Shown piece by piece: positions 38,567 through 51,904 of a stretch of DNA of 64,000 nt. The notes under the pieces were generated by a model. That model was not told the DNA's origin. It searched no databases and worked only from the letters and a program-made list of their open reading frames with translations. Origin of the DNA: Octopus sinensis (Eukaryota); assembly GCF_006345805.1 (NCBI RefSeq), contig NC_043000.1:72044001-72108000 (forward strand). Direction: 5' to 3'. The stretch's first letter is position 1. The number at the start of each line of letters is the position of its first letter. Both the position numbers and the translations under genes were made by a program.

Positions 38567-38680
38567 ATACATACACACATACATACATACATACATACAT
38601 ACATACATACACACATACATACATACACACATACATATATATGTGAAGAGGAAGAAGAAAATGGAGATATTGAAGTTAAC

Positions 38681-38999
38681 AAGAGTTTATTATCAGCAAC
38701 AAATCGATCATTATCCCTGAAAGCTATTTCAGTTATATACAAATAGATTGATTAGATATTAAAATCATGTCTCTGAGCATAATCTCTTCAGAGGGGGAAA
38801 AATATACCCTCAGATGTTTTGTGTGTTTGTTTGTTGACTCATCGAGTCTACAGACAGACACAAAATATCTAAGGGTATATTTTTCCCTTTGATGAAATTA
38901 CGCTTAGAAACATGATTTTAATATTTAGTTAATTTCTCTGAGTATAATTGAAACTGGTTTAAGGGATAATGATCGGTTTGTTGCTGATAATAAACTCTT
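38681..38999. mobile_element. Foldback element/MITE, palindromic over its whole length
   Basis: aagagtttattatcagcaacaaatcgatcattatccct is inverted at 38961-38999 and the arms pair to the centre near 38840. Confidence 0.75.
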
Positions 39000-39756
39000 A
39001 TAATCTGTTTCTTAAACGAGGGACATATTCATTATGCACAGAATGTTATTTACCTAAATGGACGCCAGTGATTGGTTAAAATTGCCGAAATGCAAGAAAT
39101 TAAAGACGAAATATCTTACAAACTATAGAATTTTCTCAATAAAGCCAAGAGAAAAAGATGTTTTATAAACACATTCTACCAGTATACGAAGGTTAAAATT
39201 TTTTAGTTACGTAGAAATTATGTTACAAACTGCCGTTCAAAAGGAAAAGATCCCCATAATTTCCCCCTTTCCCGTTCTTTCCTTTCTATTCATGCATTTT
39301 TTATATTTAAAATTAAAATTTCACGTTTTTACTTTGTTTTATCCTTCCTATCTTTCCCTCTCCCAATCTTTCTATACATCTTCTCTCACAATATCTAGTT
39401 TGTTTCGATAACGTCACTTTAAATTCCTAGCGTCCCCTGTTCGTATGCAAGAATTTTGTGAATTAACAATAATGTATATGTGCTTAAGTAAGTGTGTATG
39501 TGTATGCAATTATGTGTTTTGGTCTATCGATGTTTTGGGATGTATATGCTCTTGTGTATGTATATGATCGTTTGCTTATGTGTATAAGTATGTGATCGTA
39601 AACGTATATTTTAGCATAAGTATTTTTCTATGTCGTTACCGCGAGAATATGTACGATATGTACGCATATGTGTGTAAGTATATTTCTGCCTATGTATGTA
39701 TGTATTTAAATATACATGTATATGTGTTTGAGTGTATATATATGTATATATTTATG

Positions 39757-39811
<55 letters not shown>

Positions 39812-40463
39812 TTATATGTGTGTGTATGTGGGTACATAAATATATACATATACATACACTCAAACACATATATATATGTTGATGTCTTGCAAACAACTTG
39901 CACATGCAAGTGCTACCAGTTAAAAGCTCCGTATACCAGAAGCTAGCAAGTGTATGGGGTCATCAGGAGAGAATGCGCGCCGTTTCGGGGCCTACCTCTC
40001 GACGGCATCAATGCGCACCGGCCCCCCTCACTGATATGAGGCCCCGCTTGCTAGATGAGCTGGTTATGAAGTTAAACTCAATATACTTCTAGCCATTGCT
40101 CATCGTCTCTTTTTAACCAAATCCAGTGGCTAGCCTTTTCCACTGTAGTTTGGATATCAGTCATGGTGGTATTGACTTTACGATGAGTTAGGCCTAGCGA
40201 TAACAACTGTCGCCTCACACTGTGTCCAACAAACCCTCTACACATATATATATATATATGTGTTTATGTGTATGTATATTAATGCGTATGTATGTATATG
40301 TATTTTTATATATTTGTGTTTTTGTATGTTTATAATGTTTATATTTACATGTCACATATTTTAGGGTGTATACGCGTGTGGGAATATGAATATAAATACG
40401 TCACATTTTATAGTACTTTCCATTTCTGTTAACATGTCTGTTTGGTGAGTTTGTTATTTATAT

Positions 40464-40547
40464 CCTTCCTGATGAGGTTGATGCATTGCTGACCATAATT
40501 TATCCTGTTGGACATTTTTGGAGTGCATCCGTCGAAACATATAAAGG
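40464..40547 (+). ncRNA. Degenerate type I hammerhead
   Basis: ccttc-ctgatga-ggttgatgcatt...agtgcatccgtc-gaaa-cata-ta-aagg; stems I and III are damaged. Confidence 0.5.
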
Positions 40548-40714
40548 TATAAATGGTTTAAAGACATCTCGAGCGTTCGTCTCCTTATTCAATTTTCCTA
40601 TTTTCTACTAAATACGATTTACTTCCCCGGAATTAAAACCTGGGACACTTAAGCAACATTTAGCTACCTTGTAATTATTCCCTTGGATTTTTCCTATAAA
40701 TTGTAAAAATCTAC

Positions 40715-40781
<67 letters not shown>

Positions 40782-41417
40782 AACTAGCTGGACCCGTGAA
40801 AAATTCACGGAAAACAAAAATGTAAGCATCTATAAACAGTGTACTGTCGCCATGAGAAATGTTTGCATATTATGGCCGTCTGTCTTTACGTTCTGAGTTC
40901 AAATTCTGCCGCGGTCGTCCTTTCGGGGTCGATAAATTAAGTAACATTTGTGTACTGGGGTCGATCTAATTAACTGGCTCCCTCCCCACAAAGATTTCAA
41001 GCCTAGAAAAGTATATTGTGACAGTTACAGAATATAGAAAGTAATACCAATGACTATATAATCCAACCAAAGTATCTCACTTATACAAACGTAGACGGAA
41101 TTACTATTTAACCTTAAAATCCATCATACATATTCAAAGAACCTTCTTGGTTTAGTGGTACGGAACGTTTTTCTGGTATTCTTTTATTCTTTTACTTGTT
41201 TCAGTCATTTGACGGTGGCCATGCTAGAGCACCACCATTTAGTCGAAGAAATTGACCCCTGGACTTATTTCTTGTAAGCCTGATGCTTATTCTCTCAGTC
41301 TCTTCTGCTGAACAGCTAAATTACAGGGACGCAAACGCACCAACATCGGTTGTCAAGCAATGGTGGTGGTGGGACAAACAAAAACACAAACACGCACACA
41401 CACATACATACTACATT

Positions 41418-41472
<55 letters not shown>

Positions 41473-44237
41473 ACCAATAAAAATAAACAGGTGAAAATGC
41501 ACGTAGGTATCTTTAAAAATAATCTCTTTTATTATTATTTTATAGAAACAATATTTTACATCTTGTTTTTATCGTTTCCTTCTATTTTAATAGTCTTATC
41601 AAGAAATTGTAGTTTTATCAGTAATACAGTCCGTTTCGCGAGCACACACAAATACACACAAATTTTATCCTCATTGTACACTTTGAAATTTCACAATTAA
41701 CTTATTTAACCAGTTCTTGACTACTCCTATTTCCTCAGCTGGTGCGCTGCCTTCTTCATCGTGAGCATCTTCATTATGCATTCCATATCAACATATCCAC
41801 TCATGACTACCATCGAAATTCTTGATAGCCACATACTTAACTAGTTTTGTAAGAAAACTTTGAATTTGTACAATACGGACGTTGTTATGAGAAGATTGTA
41901 TTGTGAATACATCACTTTCAGCAGATTACTTTATTGTGATCAATGATTGTTTCTGGGTGTGTATTTATAGACCTGAAAAAGAAATCATGTCTGGATTATA
42001 TCAAAACACCGCTGGAATAGAATTATTTTAAAAAAAGATTCTGTTAATTAATTTTCACATGTTGGGCTGGTAGAGATGGTGATGGTGGGGTAATGTTGAG
42101 GTGCATAATAGTGGAGTCGTACTGTTGTATTAGGGTGTGGAATGAGTGATGAGGTGGCGATGGTGGGATAGTGGTGATAAGGTAGTGACGGTGACCTAAG
42201 CTTTCGTTTATATTACATTTCTCTTTAAGAAATATACCTTTTATAGTTCATATTTTTATATCTTAAATTCAGCTGGGTTTCATAGTCCTTCAATAATACA
42301 ACGATGCAGATATCAGAGAGCTGGGTTTATGGTCTTTCACCTGTTACACTATAATGCTCTTACTTTGTACATGGTTTGTCCGGAAAAAAATATAACCAAA
42401 CTAAGGTCAAAAGATAAAAACTGCATCTTGTGAATCTAGTACTGATCGCTGATTTTCCACTTTACACATGGAGAAGAGTACCAAATTGGAAAGATTGTTG
42501 TCAAATTTCTATCAGGCTGAGTATGTCATAGAGCAAAAATCCTCCCAGATAATTACCTGCGTATTATTATGTGGAAAAACTTGTTTAACAGCAGACTTTA
42601 CACAAATTGGTCATAAACGATTTAGAATTCATGTTGTTGATGGTACCTAAATATAAGAAGCAAGAGGCAAAAAATAGTATTTATTGTAAAGGACAACAAA
42701 GGCTCTCACCCTCAATAAACAACAAACCAAACAACAGGATGAATTAAAGCAGCTTTATCTATGACGTCAACAATATAGTATCATCTCTTAAACTATAAAC
42801 AAACAAATTAGGAACATCTAAGCAGTGGTTAGAACTAGAAACCAAATCTCCTTCAGATATCAACTTAGCAGCTTAAGATAGAATGATATACTGGATAAAA
42901 TGTGCTACAATAATCACGATTGGAAAGCCAGTCGAACGATTAAAATTTGACGCACAGTTATCATTAAAAACACACGAAATCTGAAAGTAAAAAGTAAAAA
43001 CAAAAAGAAGTGCAAAGGAACGGTATTTGTCTCTCTCAGCCCATCCCGTTAGAGCCATCACTAGGAATTTCTAAGTTGCCTTTCGTTCTTCTTGGAAGAA
43101 GCGAATATCTGCCGCATGTCAGAGCGTACAATATGCTTCACAGTTAGATGAAGGCATATATGCCTGGACCAATAATATATCTACGTCATGCACCAGTCGC
43201 GCGGCCGACTACTTACGTACCATAGATTTATTTGATTAAAGTTAAGTACGAGGTACACAAAAAATGTTGAGGCTAAGTACCGGAGCTGATTAATCTCTCT
43301 AGGGGCAGAGAATATTTCCTTTAAATAAAATAAGAGATAATTAGTGTAATTAATGGTTTGCAGAATGAGTTATTCTAAGAAACAAACGTACTGGCGTTGG
43401 AGGAAATGAAAGAAATATCTTGCAAACTCAAAGAGTAAGTTGATATTCCCCAAAGCTGGATCTTACCATGAAACTATTTTCTTCTGTGCAAAATACAGAA
43501 TCAACAAAGTTCAGCCGAATTCTGGATGTTGAAGATGATCGAATTTTGGAGTACAATGAGACAGAAAAGTATACTACCACATATCACAGACATACTTTTG
43601 CTAAGCACATAAGTGTATCGTTGTTATAGCAATTAAGTTAAACGAAGTAAAATGTGTATTATTACATATCCTGAAGATACAAATAACCACAGAAGTAATC
43701 ATTGCTATGGTTATTTAATTGAAATTATGTGCGAAAACTCAATATGAGTCGCTGGTATCGAGCCAGAACCAGTATTCAATGTATATTCATGTGTATTCCA
43801 AGCAAAATTGTGTAAAGCTTTAAAATCAAGTTAGTCGGTTAAGTGTCTGGAATGCAAGATAATTGACAATTATAAGTAGCTGTACACTCATTTTCCCACT
43901 ATAGATTTTCTCACGCCGAAAGCACATAGTAAAATTTAAAATAACAGGAAACGAAATAATATTTAAAAATATTTCAATTGATTAAAAAAAATTCAACAAC
44001 ATACAAATCAATATAATCATCTAACTCAAGTGTATAATTTTTTTAAGAGTGTGTGTTACATGAGCTGTCATATACGCTATAGATCAATTTAATAACCTGT
44101 CTTTATTCTTAATGAAGAATGTTTCAAAATGTGCCCAATTCTAATTTATTCGATACAGAAACGGCTTTGTCTAGACTGAAATTAAATATAAGCAGGAGGA
44201 AGAATATTTAGGTTGGAAAATTTTAGATTTACTTTGA

Positions 44238-45017
44238 AACTAGAAAAGCACTCAGAGAGCGCAGACCTCCGCCAAGCAGCTCATTTTCACCCATACACAC
44301 ATATCGAAAATCGCCCAATTTTCCAAACCAACGCCGGCAAAAACATAACCTCCTTGGCGGGGGTAAAAAATGATTTTAAGAAAAACATAAAACCCCTTTA
44401 AAAACAAGAATCATCCTAAGCAGTTCACAACCACCAACATCATCAGCAGCATTGTCTTGCTTCCACTTCAACCACATACACCGCCATCAATGTTATCATG
44501 ACGGTTATCTTGACAGTCACTTTCACCACCACAACCAGTATAACCACTGCAACACCACCATCACACAACTAACGCTATCATCAACACCACCATCACACAA
44601 CTAACGCTATCATCAACACCACTATTACCACCATCACCTCAGCATTACACATCACACCGTTCCTGTCGCCATTATAACCACCGATACTATTTTATCCTCC
44701 TCCCATACTTATCTCGACCATCGTCATCATCAGCACTGTCTCTAAACAGCAACGCCACCATAGGTTACTTGCAAACGATGTGTTTTCAAGGGAGATAATC
44801 AAAGAACGTAACGTTAAACTTCATGTAAATGAAAAATCCTTCAAGAATCCATAAAAATTCCCGGATCGCTACAAAAATTTCATCATCTGTTCCCTGTGTC
44901 ATTACCAACTTTTCCCGCAAGTTTCATCAAATACTGTTCACAACTATTTGAGTTATTTTGCACACAGACGGACAAAACAACGCCAGTGAAAACAACCTCC
45001 TTCCTTGGCGGAGGTAA
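44238..45017 (+). mobile_element. Helentron/DINE-like non-autonomous element pieces
   Basis: aactagaaaagcactcagagagcgcagacctccgccaag start with subterminal inverted cttggcgg(a/g)ggt ends at ~44373-44383 and ~45004-45016. Confidence 0.5.
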
Positions 45018-46005
45018 TTAGTAATGAGTTAGAATTATATTCTAATTCCTGATGTCATTATGTTTTTGTGCTTGCGTTCGTGGGACAAAGACGCCCACGT
45101 ATATGAGGCCAGCATAACAACATAACAAGTTTATACCTGTTTGCACAATCTTTTATTCATTTCATTTATAGAGCTTAAAGTTCTGGCTATAAGGAGAAAG
45201 GATTGTCTGAAACAATTTGAAATAAAGAGCCGGAAATAAAAGCATTCATGGTATTTACAGTGTTTCATGATAAATCGTAATCTCCGAACTTGCCCTCCTT
45301 CTGGGCAATCCCAGTCTTAAAAATTTGTATGATTAACAATATATATATATATATATAATAGATCATCCCGTAATAAGTTCATAACAATAACATCAAGTGG
45401 AATAGGCTGGTTGCGCGTAAAGCAAATATGAAGTCCCAATACTTTAAAACAGTTATCTTTTGGGGATTATTCTCGGTAAGTAGATGCAATATTGAATAAT
45501 GTATTTATTTATTTTATTGTCAATGCATTTGATGCTTTTTAACGCGTTTTTTTTATAAAAGAAAACTATTGTAAAAAATATTTTTGTTGCCATTCGCCGT
45601 ACATTATTTGTATTATTGCGCGGAAATTTCTGTAATCAATAATGTAATGTCGAATGATCCGCGAATATCTTACTGGACATTATCTTCACAGTTTTCCGCA
45701 CAACTAACGATACAATCTGACTCCAATTTCATAATTTCATATGAGAAGAGACAAAACCGTTGCTGACTTATCCGTTTATGCAGACTATAAAAGATGCAGA
45801 TTTGTAGAAAATTATATGTGTAATTGCCTAACGGTACTATATTACACATGTTTTTGAAATCTAGTAGATTATTATGATTTATTGTTATGCCCCAGGATGA
45901 CCATTATGTCAATAATAAACACACGCATTGATTCTATTTCACTTCTTTTATTGTTATTAGTTAACATTCAACCAATTAACTAATTCCTTGTTTTTAATCG
46001 TTTGG

Positions 46006-46037
<32 letters not shown>

Positions 46038-46429
46038 CTAGGTTTGTCAAAGTCTATTCGTTACCATTCACAAGCAAATCTGAAATAGAGGGGGAATGTT
46101 ATTGAGGAGGTCACGAATAGTGTCGGAGGAACTTTGACAAACTTAACGGATTAATTGATTGACCAAACAATTTATCAAACAATCGATTAGTTAATTGGTT
46201 AAATGTTAACTAACTGACTAATAATAGTAAAATAATTGAAATAGAATCAGTGTGTTTCGCGTTGACATAGACCCCTCCCTAGATACAACAAAATCTCTTT
46301 CAACACATGAGTTCACATCATGAATCTTGCACAGCAGATACAAAAACGAAATATCATTAACATTATATATTGATTCGGCGAAATCAACAGGCTTAATTTC
46401 CATCTTGAATAGTTTCAAATTGTCTGTTG

Positions 46430-47560
46430 GAGAAAAAATAAAACACGAACAGAGATTAGATTCCAGAGGGTCGACGTTCTAAAGAGGAATAACTGGGTGC
46501 AGTGGTTAGGAGACTGAGGAGGGACAAAAAGGCGAGAGATGTTCGAATATCTGAGAGGCGGAAGCATAGAAATGGCAGATAGAGGAAACAGTAGATTTAT
46601 GGGCGACAAGTTAGTGTGTGCTAGTGAGCCACTTATATCAATAAATCAGTTCATTTTTCAAATGCAACCTATTGTATGTATAGAGAAACAGTTCCAAATG
46701 TAGGAAGAGTACACCCTTGTGTCCTACATGATTTATGTAAACTGTTGTTGTTGGTGGGGGGAAATATTTTCTGGCTTTCAAGAGGATGTGCAATGTTTAT
46801 GATGCGGCAGTCATTATTATGCTGAGTTTGCATCTTCGCCAAGACTTCTTCAGTAATGATGTGGCCTAACATTTGTAGTGACCTTGAGTATTCCAGTTGC
46901 ATGTTGTTCGTTTTTAATCTGAGGGTAGCAGTATGACATTGTCTTCTTAATAGCTGTAGTGATTGTGTTTTAGCGCTGTTGAAAAAGAGGAGGCATTGGA
47001 AGTTGTTTTTAAGATCTGTATTTACGGTGGCAGCGGGGTTTGGCCTGAGGTGATTAGATATCGGAGTGGAGAAGGTTAAAAAGAAATGTAGAGCAGTATC
47101 ATTTGTGTAAGACATGGATTTGTTGGCTATGGTTGCAAGACGGTCATTGATAAAAGGGGGAAAAGAGGGGAGCAAAATTCTGGATTTGAACCTTGTGGTA
47201 TACCAAAATTGACTGAACATTGATTAGAGAGAGTTCCTAACAGCGCACGCCACGATGATATGATTAAACAAAAGGTCACCAATCCAAGAGAAGTGAGTAG
47301 GTTTATTTGCAAACTTGTGAGCCTGACACACATGAATTCTTCGATGGTGTCAAGTGCAGTGGCATTATTTTCATTAGATTTCCTGAAGATAAGTGTCCAT
47401 TGGTTAGTAACGTCAGGGAATAGGTCACCAGTAAATTTGAATTTACGAAAGGGGCAGTAGAAGTCATTAAAAGGGCAAGTGTTAGAAGGGTGAGATATGA
47501 TTGGAATAGGATGATAATTGATAGGATCCGAGGGAAATGGGGCAAAGTGCAGAATGTTTC
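46430..47560 (-). pseudogene. Highly decayed LINE reverse transcriptase fragment (CR1/Jockey/I type)
   Basis: SVNFGIPQGS, PPFINDRL, YTNDTAL remnants across frames. Confidence 0.65.
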
Positions 47561-47937
47561 CAAAGATCAGAATATATCAAAATATATCCAAAAATAGAGA
47601 GAGAGAGAGAGATTGGGAGAGAGCAAGTGAGACAGGCAGAAGAATTTGGCGAGGATAAGAGCTAGCCTGGAACACATTGTTTATCGTGTTGTACAGGTTG
47701 CATTCTTTATAATTGTAACACAATGCGCCCATTATCTGTGCTACTGTTGATTCAATGCTAATGCTAATCTACGTTAAAAGTCACAAGAATCTCGACACAT
47801 TCAAATTTACGACTATAATCCTATATCATGAAAATCATTTCTCATTTAAAAAATTCAATCTTCTGCAATAACTAATCAAGAATTATGTACTAACATAATT
47901 TATCATAATCAATATCTGCTTTCTTTTAATTTAACAG

Positions 47938-47968
47938 ATTTTGAAACAAGTGACATCCCTGCCAAACA
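47938..47968 (+). CDS. Possible 31-nt micro-exon of the vWA gene
   Basis: ttcttttaatttaacag acceptor and gtaagt donor; phase 0-to-1 reading ILKQVTSLPN joins in frame to the phase-1 exon at 50615. Confidence 0.35.
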
Positions 47969-48025
47969 GTAAGTTTTCTTTCAATATTTGGAAAAATGTT
48001 TTCGTCTGTAGAATAGATAGAAAGG

Positions 48026-48079
<54 letters not shown>

Positions 48080-48289
48080 CCTTGTATGTATGTATGTATG
48101 TATGTATGTATGTATGTATGTATGTATGTATGTATGTATGTATGCATGCTTGTATGTATGTATGCATGTATGTATGTATGTATGTGCGCATGTATATATA
48201 TATATACATACATATATATATATCACTGTATCGATCAGACTATCGGATGTTGCTATACACCGCTGGTCACAATGCGCTTCTAATTCTTT

Positions 48290-48990
48290 CTTGATTCTTC
48301 CATCCCACCCGCCATCATAGCTCAAATCATCTAAATAAATCGTTTCCCCATCATCATGATCTTCCGAGTGGCCTTTTCTGATCTGTTGGCTGACACTCGG
48401 CAACTGATGACATGTCCGGCCCAGCGGAATTTATGCTTTTCATATTCTGCGATAACATCATTTACTCCACTCCGTTCTCGAATTATTTCATTCCAAATAT
48501 GCTCTTTCGCTGATATTCCTAGCATAGATTTTTCCATCACCCTTTGCACCATAACCAATCAATGTTCTTCCCTCTCCGAAGTAGCCCACATCTCACTTGG
48601 GTATAAGGGTACGGGTAAGATGGTGCTATTGAAGAGTCTGGCACATACGGTTTTGCTTAGTTTTAGGTCCAGCTAACTTAGCACAACCATCATTGAGATG
48701 AATGCTTTCCATCCTGCTTTTATTCTTTTAGCATCCATGTCTTGACGCATATTCACAATGTACCCTAAGTAGACGTTCTACTTTGCTTCTCCCATTTCAT
48801 CGCCTCCCACTTCTATTGAGTCTTGTGCTACGTTTTCGGAGTGCAAGTATTTTGTTTTTGCGAAGTTCGACAGTATTATCTGCAGCTGATACGTGGTTTG
48901 TCATTTGCAAATCGGAGGTGTGTTAAAAGCTCACTATTGATGCTCACGCCACTTGGCAAGTCAAAGTCTCTGGTGACCATTTCTAGACAT
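48290..48990 (-). pseudogene. Decayed RTE-clade LINE 3' fragment
   Basis: QRVMEKSMLGIS...IRERSGVNDVI...KFRWAGHV. Confidence 0.75.
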
Positions 48991-50150
48991 TAGGTGAAGA
49001 GCTGTGGAGGGATATCTTCATAATTGACGCACGCCTTTTCTAATTGAAACTCTTACTGCTTGCAGTGGCAGAGCTATATCAGTGGTGAATTCAGAGTTCG
49101 CATCCCTGAGCTATCGAAATACTCTCGTTGTAGAAAGAGTCGAATACCATTTTGCTTCGTAAGAAGAGGGAGCAAGCAGGTTTCCGTGAGAATTACAGTA
49201 CGATGGATCACATTAATACAACGGATTCTCACACACCTACCACATTCGACTGCCCTTCTTCTCCAGCCCCATATCTGCACACCGCGTAACTCTGTACCCT
49301 TTCTTCACACACCACTATACAAATACCTATACACACTGTTCAACTCAGTACTCACATCACACATCATTACGCACTCACCCACACACATCTTCTCACTAGC
49401 ACCCAACAGCTCTCTGTACCCACACCACACCATTATCCACACACCCAAACACACTCTTCAATTTTCTCACCATACACAATTATGCACACTTCCACGTCAA
49501 CACACTCACATGCACATGCATTCACACACACCTTCCCATTCCACGCACACTAGCAACCAATATCTGCCTACTCCCACCCCTCCACCTCATCCCACATTCA
49601 CTGACATACACACATACAAGATAGCCGCACATATATACACACGTCCATATGTACACACACAAATACACAAAATGCACATTAGTCCACATAACCTCATAAT
49701 ATTTGTTCTATACCTAATATTTTCCTAAATCAACAGGTATACATTATGCATATAATATATATTGTGAAACCGTAATGATTTGATATTTTCTGAAACGCTT
49801 AACCGCATGTAAACTAATTTAAATGTCTCCAGTCGATGGGCACTGATCAATACATAGTCTATTCTATTCTTTCTTATTTTATTTTTGTTCTACTTTTATT
49901 TATTTACTTTATTTATATTCTTATTTCTATCTTATTTGATTTTTATACCTTTAACTTTTATTTTTATTGTATTTGCATTTTATATGAGTTTATTTTATTC
50001 TACCTTATTTATTTTATTTTATTTCTTATTATATTCAAATTAATCCATTATCCCTTACGCACACACAAAAATAGAAATAAAATAACTCCATATACCTAGT
50101 CTGATTGTATGAACTAAGAAGTCAACATGTAATCTTTTATTGTATATCTT

Positions 50151-50247
50151 TTCCCCTGATGATATTGTGTTCATACCTTATACATGCAAATTTAAACCAT
50201 AAATTTGTAATTTATTTAATAAGCACGATTGAAACAGCAGTAGGAAG
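50151..50247 (+). ncRNA. Degenerate type I hammerhead in the intron upstream of the vWA exon
   Basis: ttccc-ctgatga-t-attgtgtt...agcacgat-t-gaaa-cagcag-ta-ggaag; follows a probable PLE remnant at ~49240-50100. Confidence 0.5.
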
Positions 50248-50614
50248 TATGAAGTATCATTTTACTAATAAATAATTATTAACTTTCAACTCTCCATTTT
50301 CTTTTCTTCTATTAAGCGAATTCGTGTGTATACATATACATATACATACATACACACGTATATATATATATATGTGTGTGTGTGTGCTATTGAGTTATAC
50401 ATGGCCTGGGCCTATAATGGCCGACTCCTATCAAAATAAACATAGTGGCAAAACAGAAATACAAACACTGATTATTTACGTGCAATTATTAATCACAACT
50501 AATCGATTACTCATACTACTAAGAAAATGAAAACACGACATCGCATTTCACAAACATTTAAACTAGTAATTTGCTATATTATATATGTGCAAATAATTTC
50601 TTTTTATATTGTAG

Positions 50615-50756
50615 CTAGCACCTGCCAAGGACAAGATGTTGACATTGTATTTATCTTGGATTCTTCGGCTAGTATATGGCCGCCATATTTAAAAAACAAC
50701 TGGCATTCGTGAAATATTTGACTGATAATTTTGATATAGGACTCGGAAATAATCAA
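50615..50756 (+). CDS. vWA-domain protein exon (MIDAS DxSxS start) with a 1-nt frameshift at ~50690
   Basis: ag acceptor at 50613-50614 and gt donor at 50757; STCQGQDVDIVFILDSSASIWPPY, then with one added base FKKQLAFVKYLTDNFDIGLGNNQ. Confidence 0.85.
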
Positions 50757-51029
50757 GTAATTATTTAAACAATTTTAATTTTGATTTAATAAAAGGAAGT
50801 GCAGCTTCCTTATGAAGATACGTACGTATATATGCGTACGTATCTATATGTGTATGCACACACAAACATACACTCAAACATACACACACACACACACCAC
50901 ACACACACACACACGCACGCACACACACACACACACACACATATGTGTGTGTGTGTGCTATTGAGTTATACATGGCCTGGGCCTATAATGGCCGACTCCT
51001 ATCAAAGTTATCAAAGTTATATATATATA

Positions 51030-51650
51030 TAGGGTCATCCCATAGATAATGCGGTTTTTTCAATTGTATGAACTAAAAGTCAGAGGGCACTGCTTAGAAG
51101 ACGAGCCTCGTCCTGAAATATCTGTAGGGCTCGACGAGGACGTCTTGCAAACCCTGGTGGAATAAAATCCCATCGCAACTGTTGACGAAATATCAGAGAA
51201 GCTTGGATTTAGTCATTCAATCAGTCATTCAAGTTAGCGCTAGAAGAAAAACGACCATCTTTGGGTTCAAGACAAAATGTGTTCTTCGATCAGGATAATG
51301 CTCAGCCACATACAGCTAGGATGACATTCCGAAGGATGGAACAGAATGGGAATGGGAAAATATTCTCCACCCACCATATTCATTGGACATTGCCTCACTT
51401 GATTAACATTCTTCAAAATCTTTTGGACGGAAGAAATATGAATTCTGTAAGCGAGGTCAGAACATTACTGGAGGGGTATATTTCATCATGGAGAAGTGAA
51501 TTTTGGAAAAGGAGCCTTGCAAGTCTAGATAGATGGAAGAGCATTGCAGAAAATGAAGGACAGTATATTCTAGATTAAAAAAGAACTTTATCTTAATTTC
51601 GAAAAATAAAAGAAGTATAAAAAACCGCATTATTTATGGAATGACCCATT
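51030..51650 (+). mobile_element. Internally deleted mariner element
   Basis: TIRs gggtcatcccatagataatgcggttttt / aaaaaccgcattatttatggaatgaccc in TA context; LEDEPR..HTH and QDNAQPH/HPPYS remnants. Confidence 0.85.
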
Positions 51651-51904
51651 ATATACTATAGTACCCGTGACCCATATTAAAGCTGATTTTAACATTGCAT
51701 TGAAATGAAAGTTATGATGATTCAGTTAAATATTTCAATTCGATCGTGTCATCATAGGTCTGGTTTACAAGTTCATGTTTAAGGTTTTATTGATTATTTA
51801 TCAGGAGCGTCAATGCAGATAATGCAGATGTGTTCCTCTCTAAACTGTTACAAACGAAGTCATACACATCTTTTTCTCACTATTCGATAGAGGGTCTGGC
51901 ATAA

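Noticed and set aside
42468-42650. 60-aa ORF in unique sequence
   Set aside because: No recognisable domain or splice support.
45786-45793. tataaaag as the vWA gene TATA box
   Set aside because: Expected by chance in AT-rich DNA; no first exon identified.
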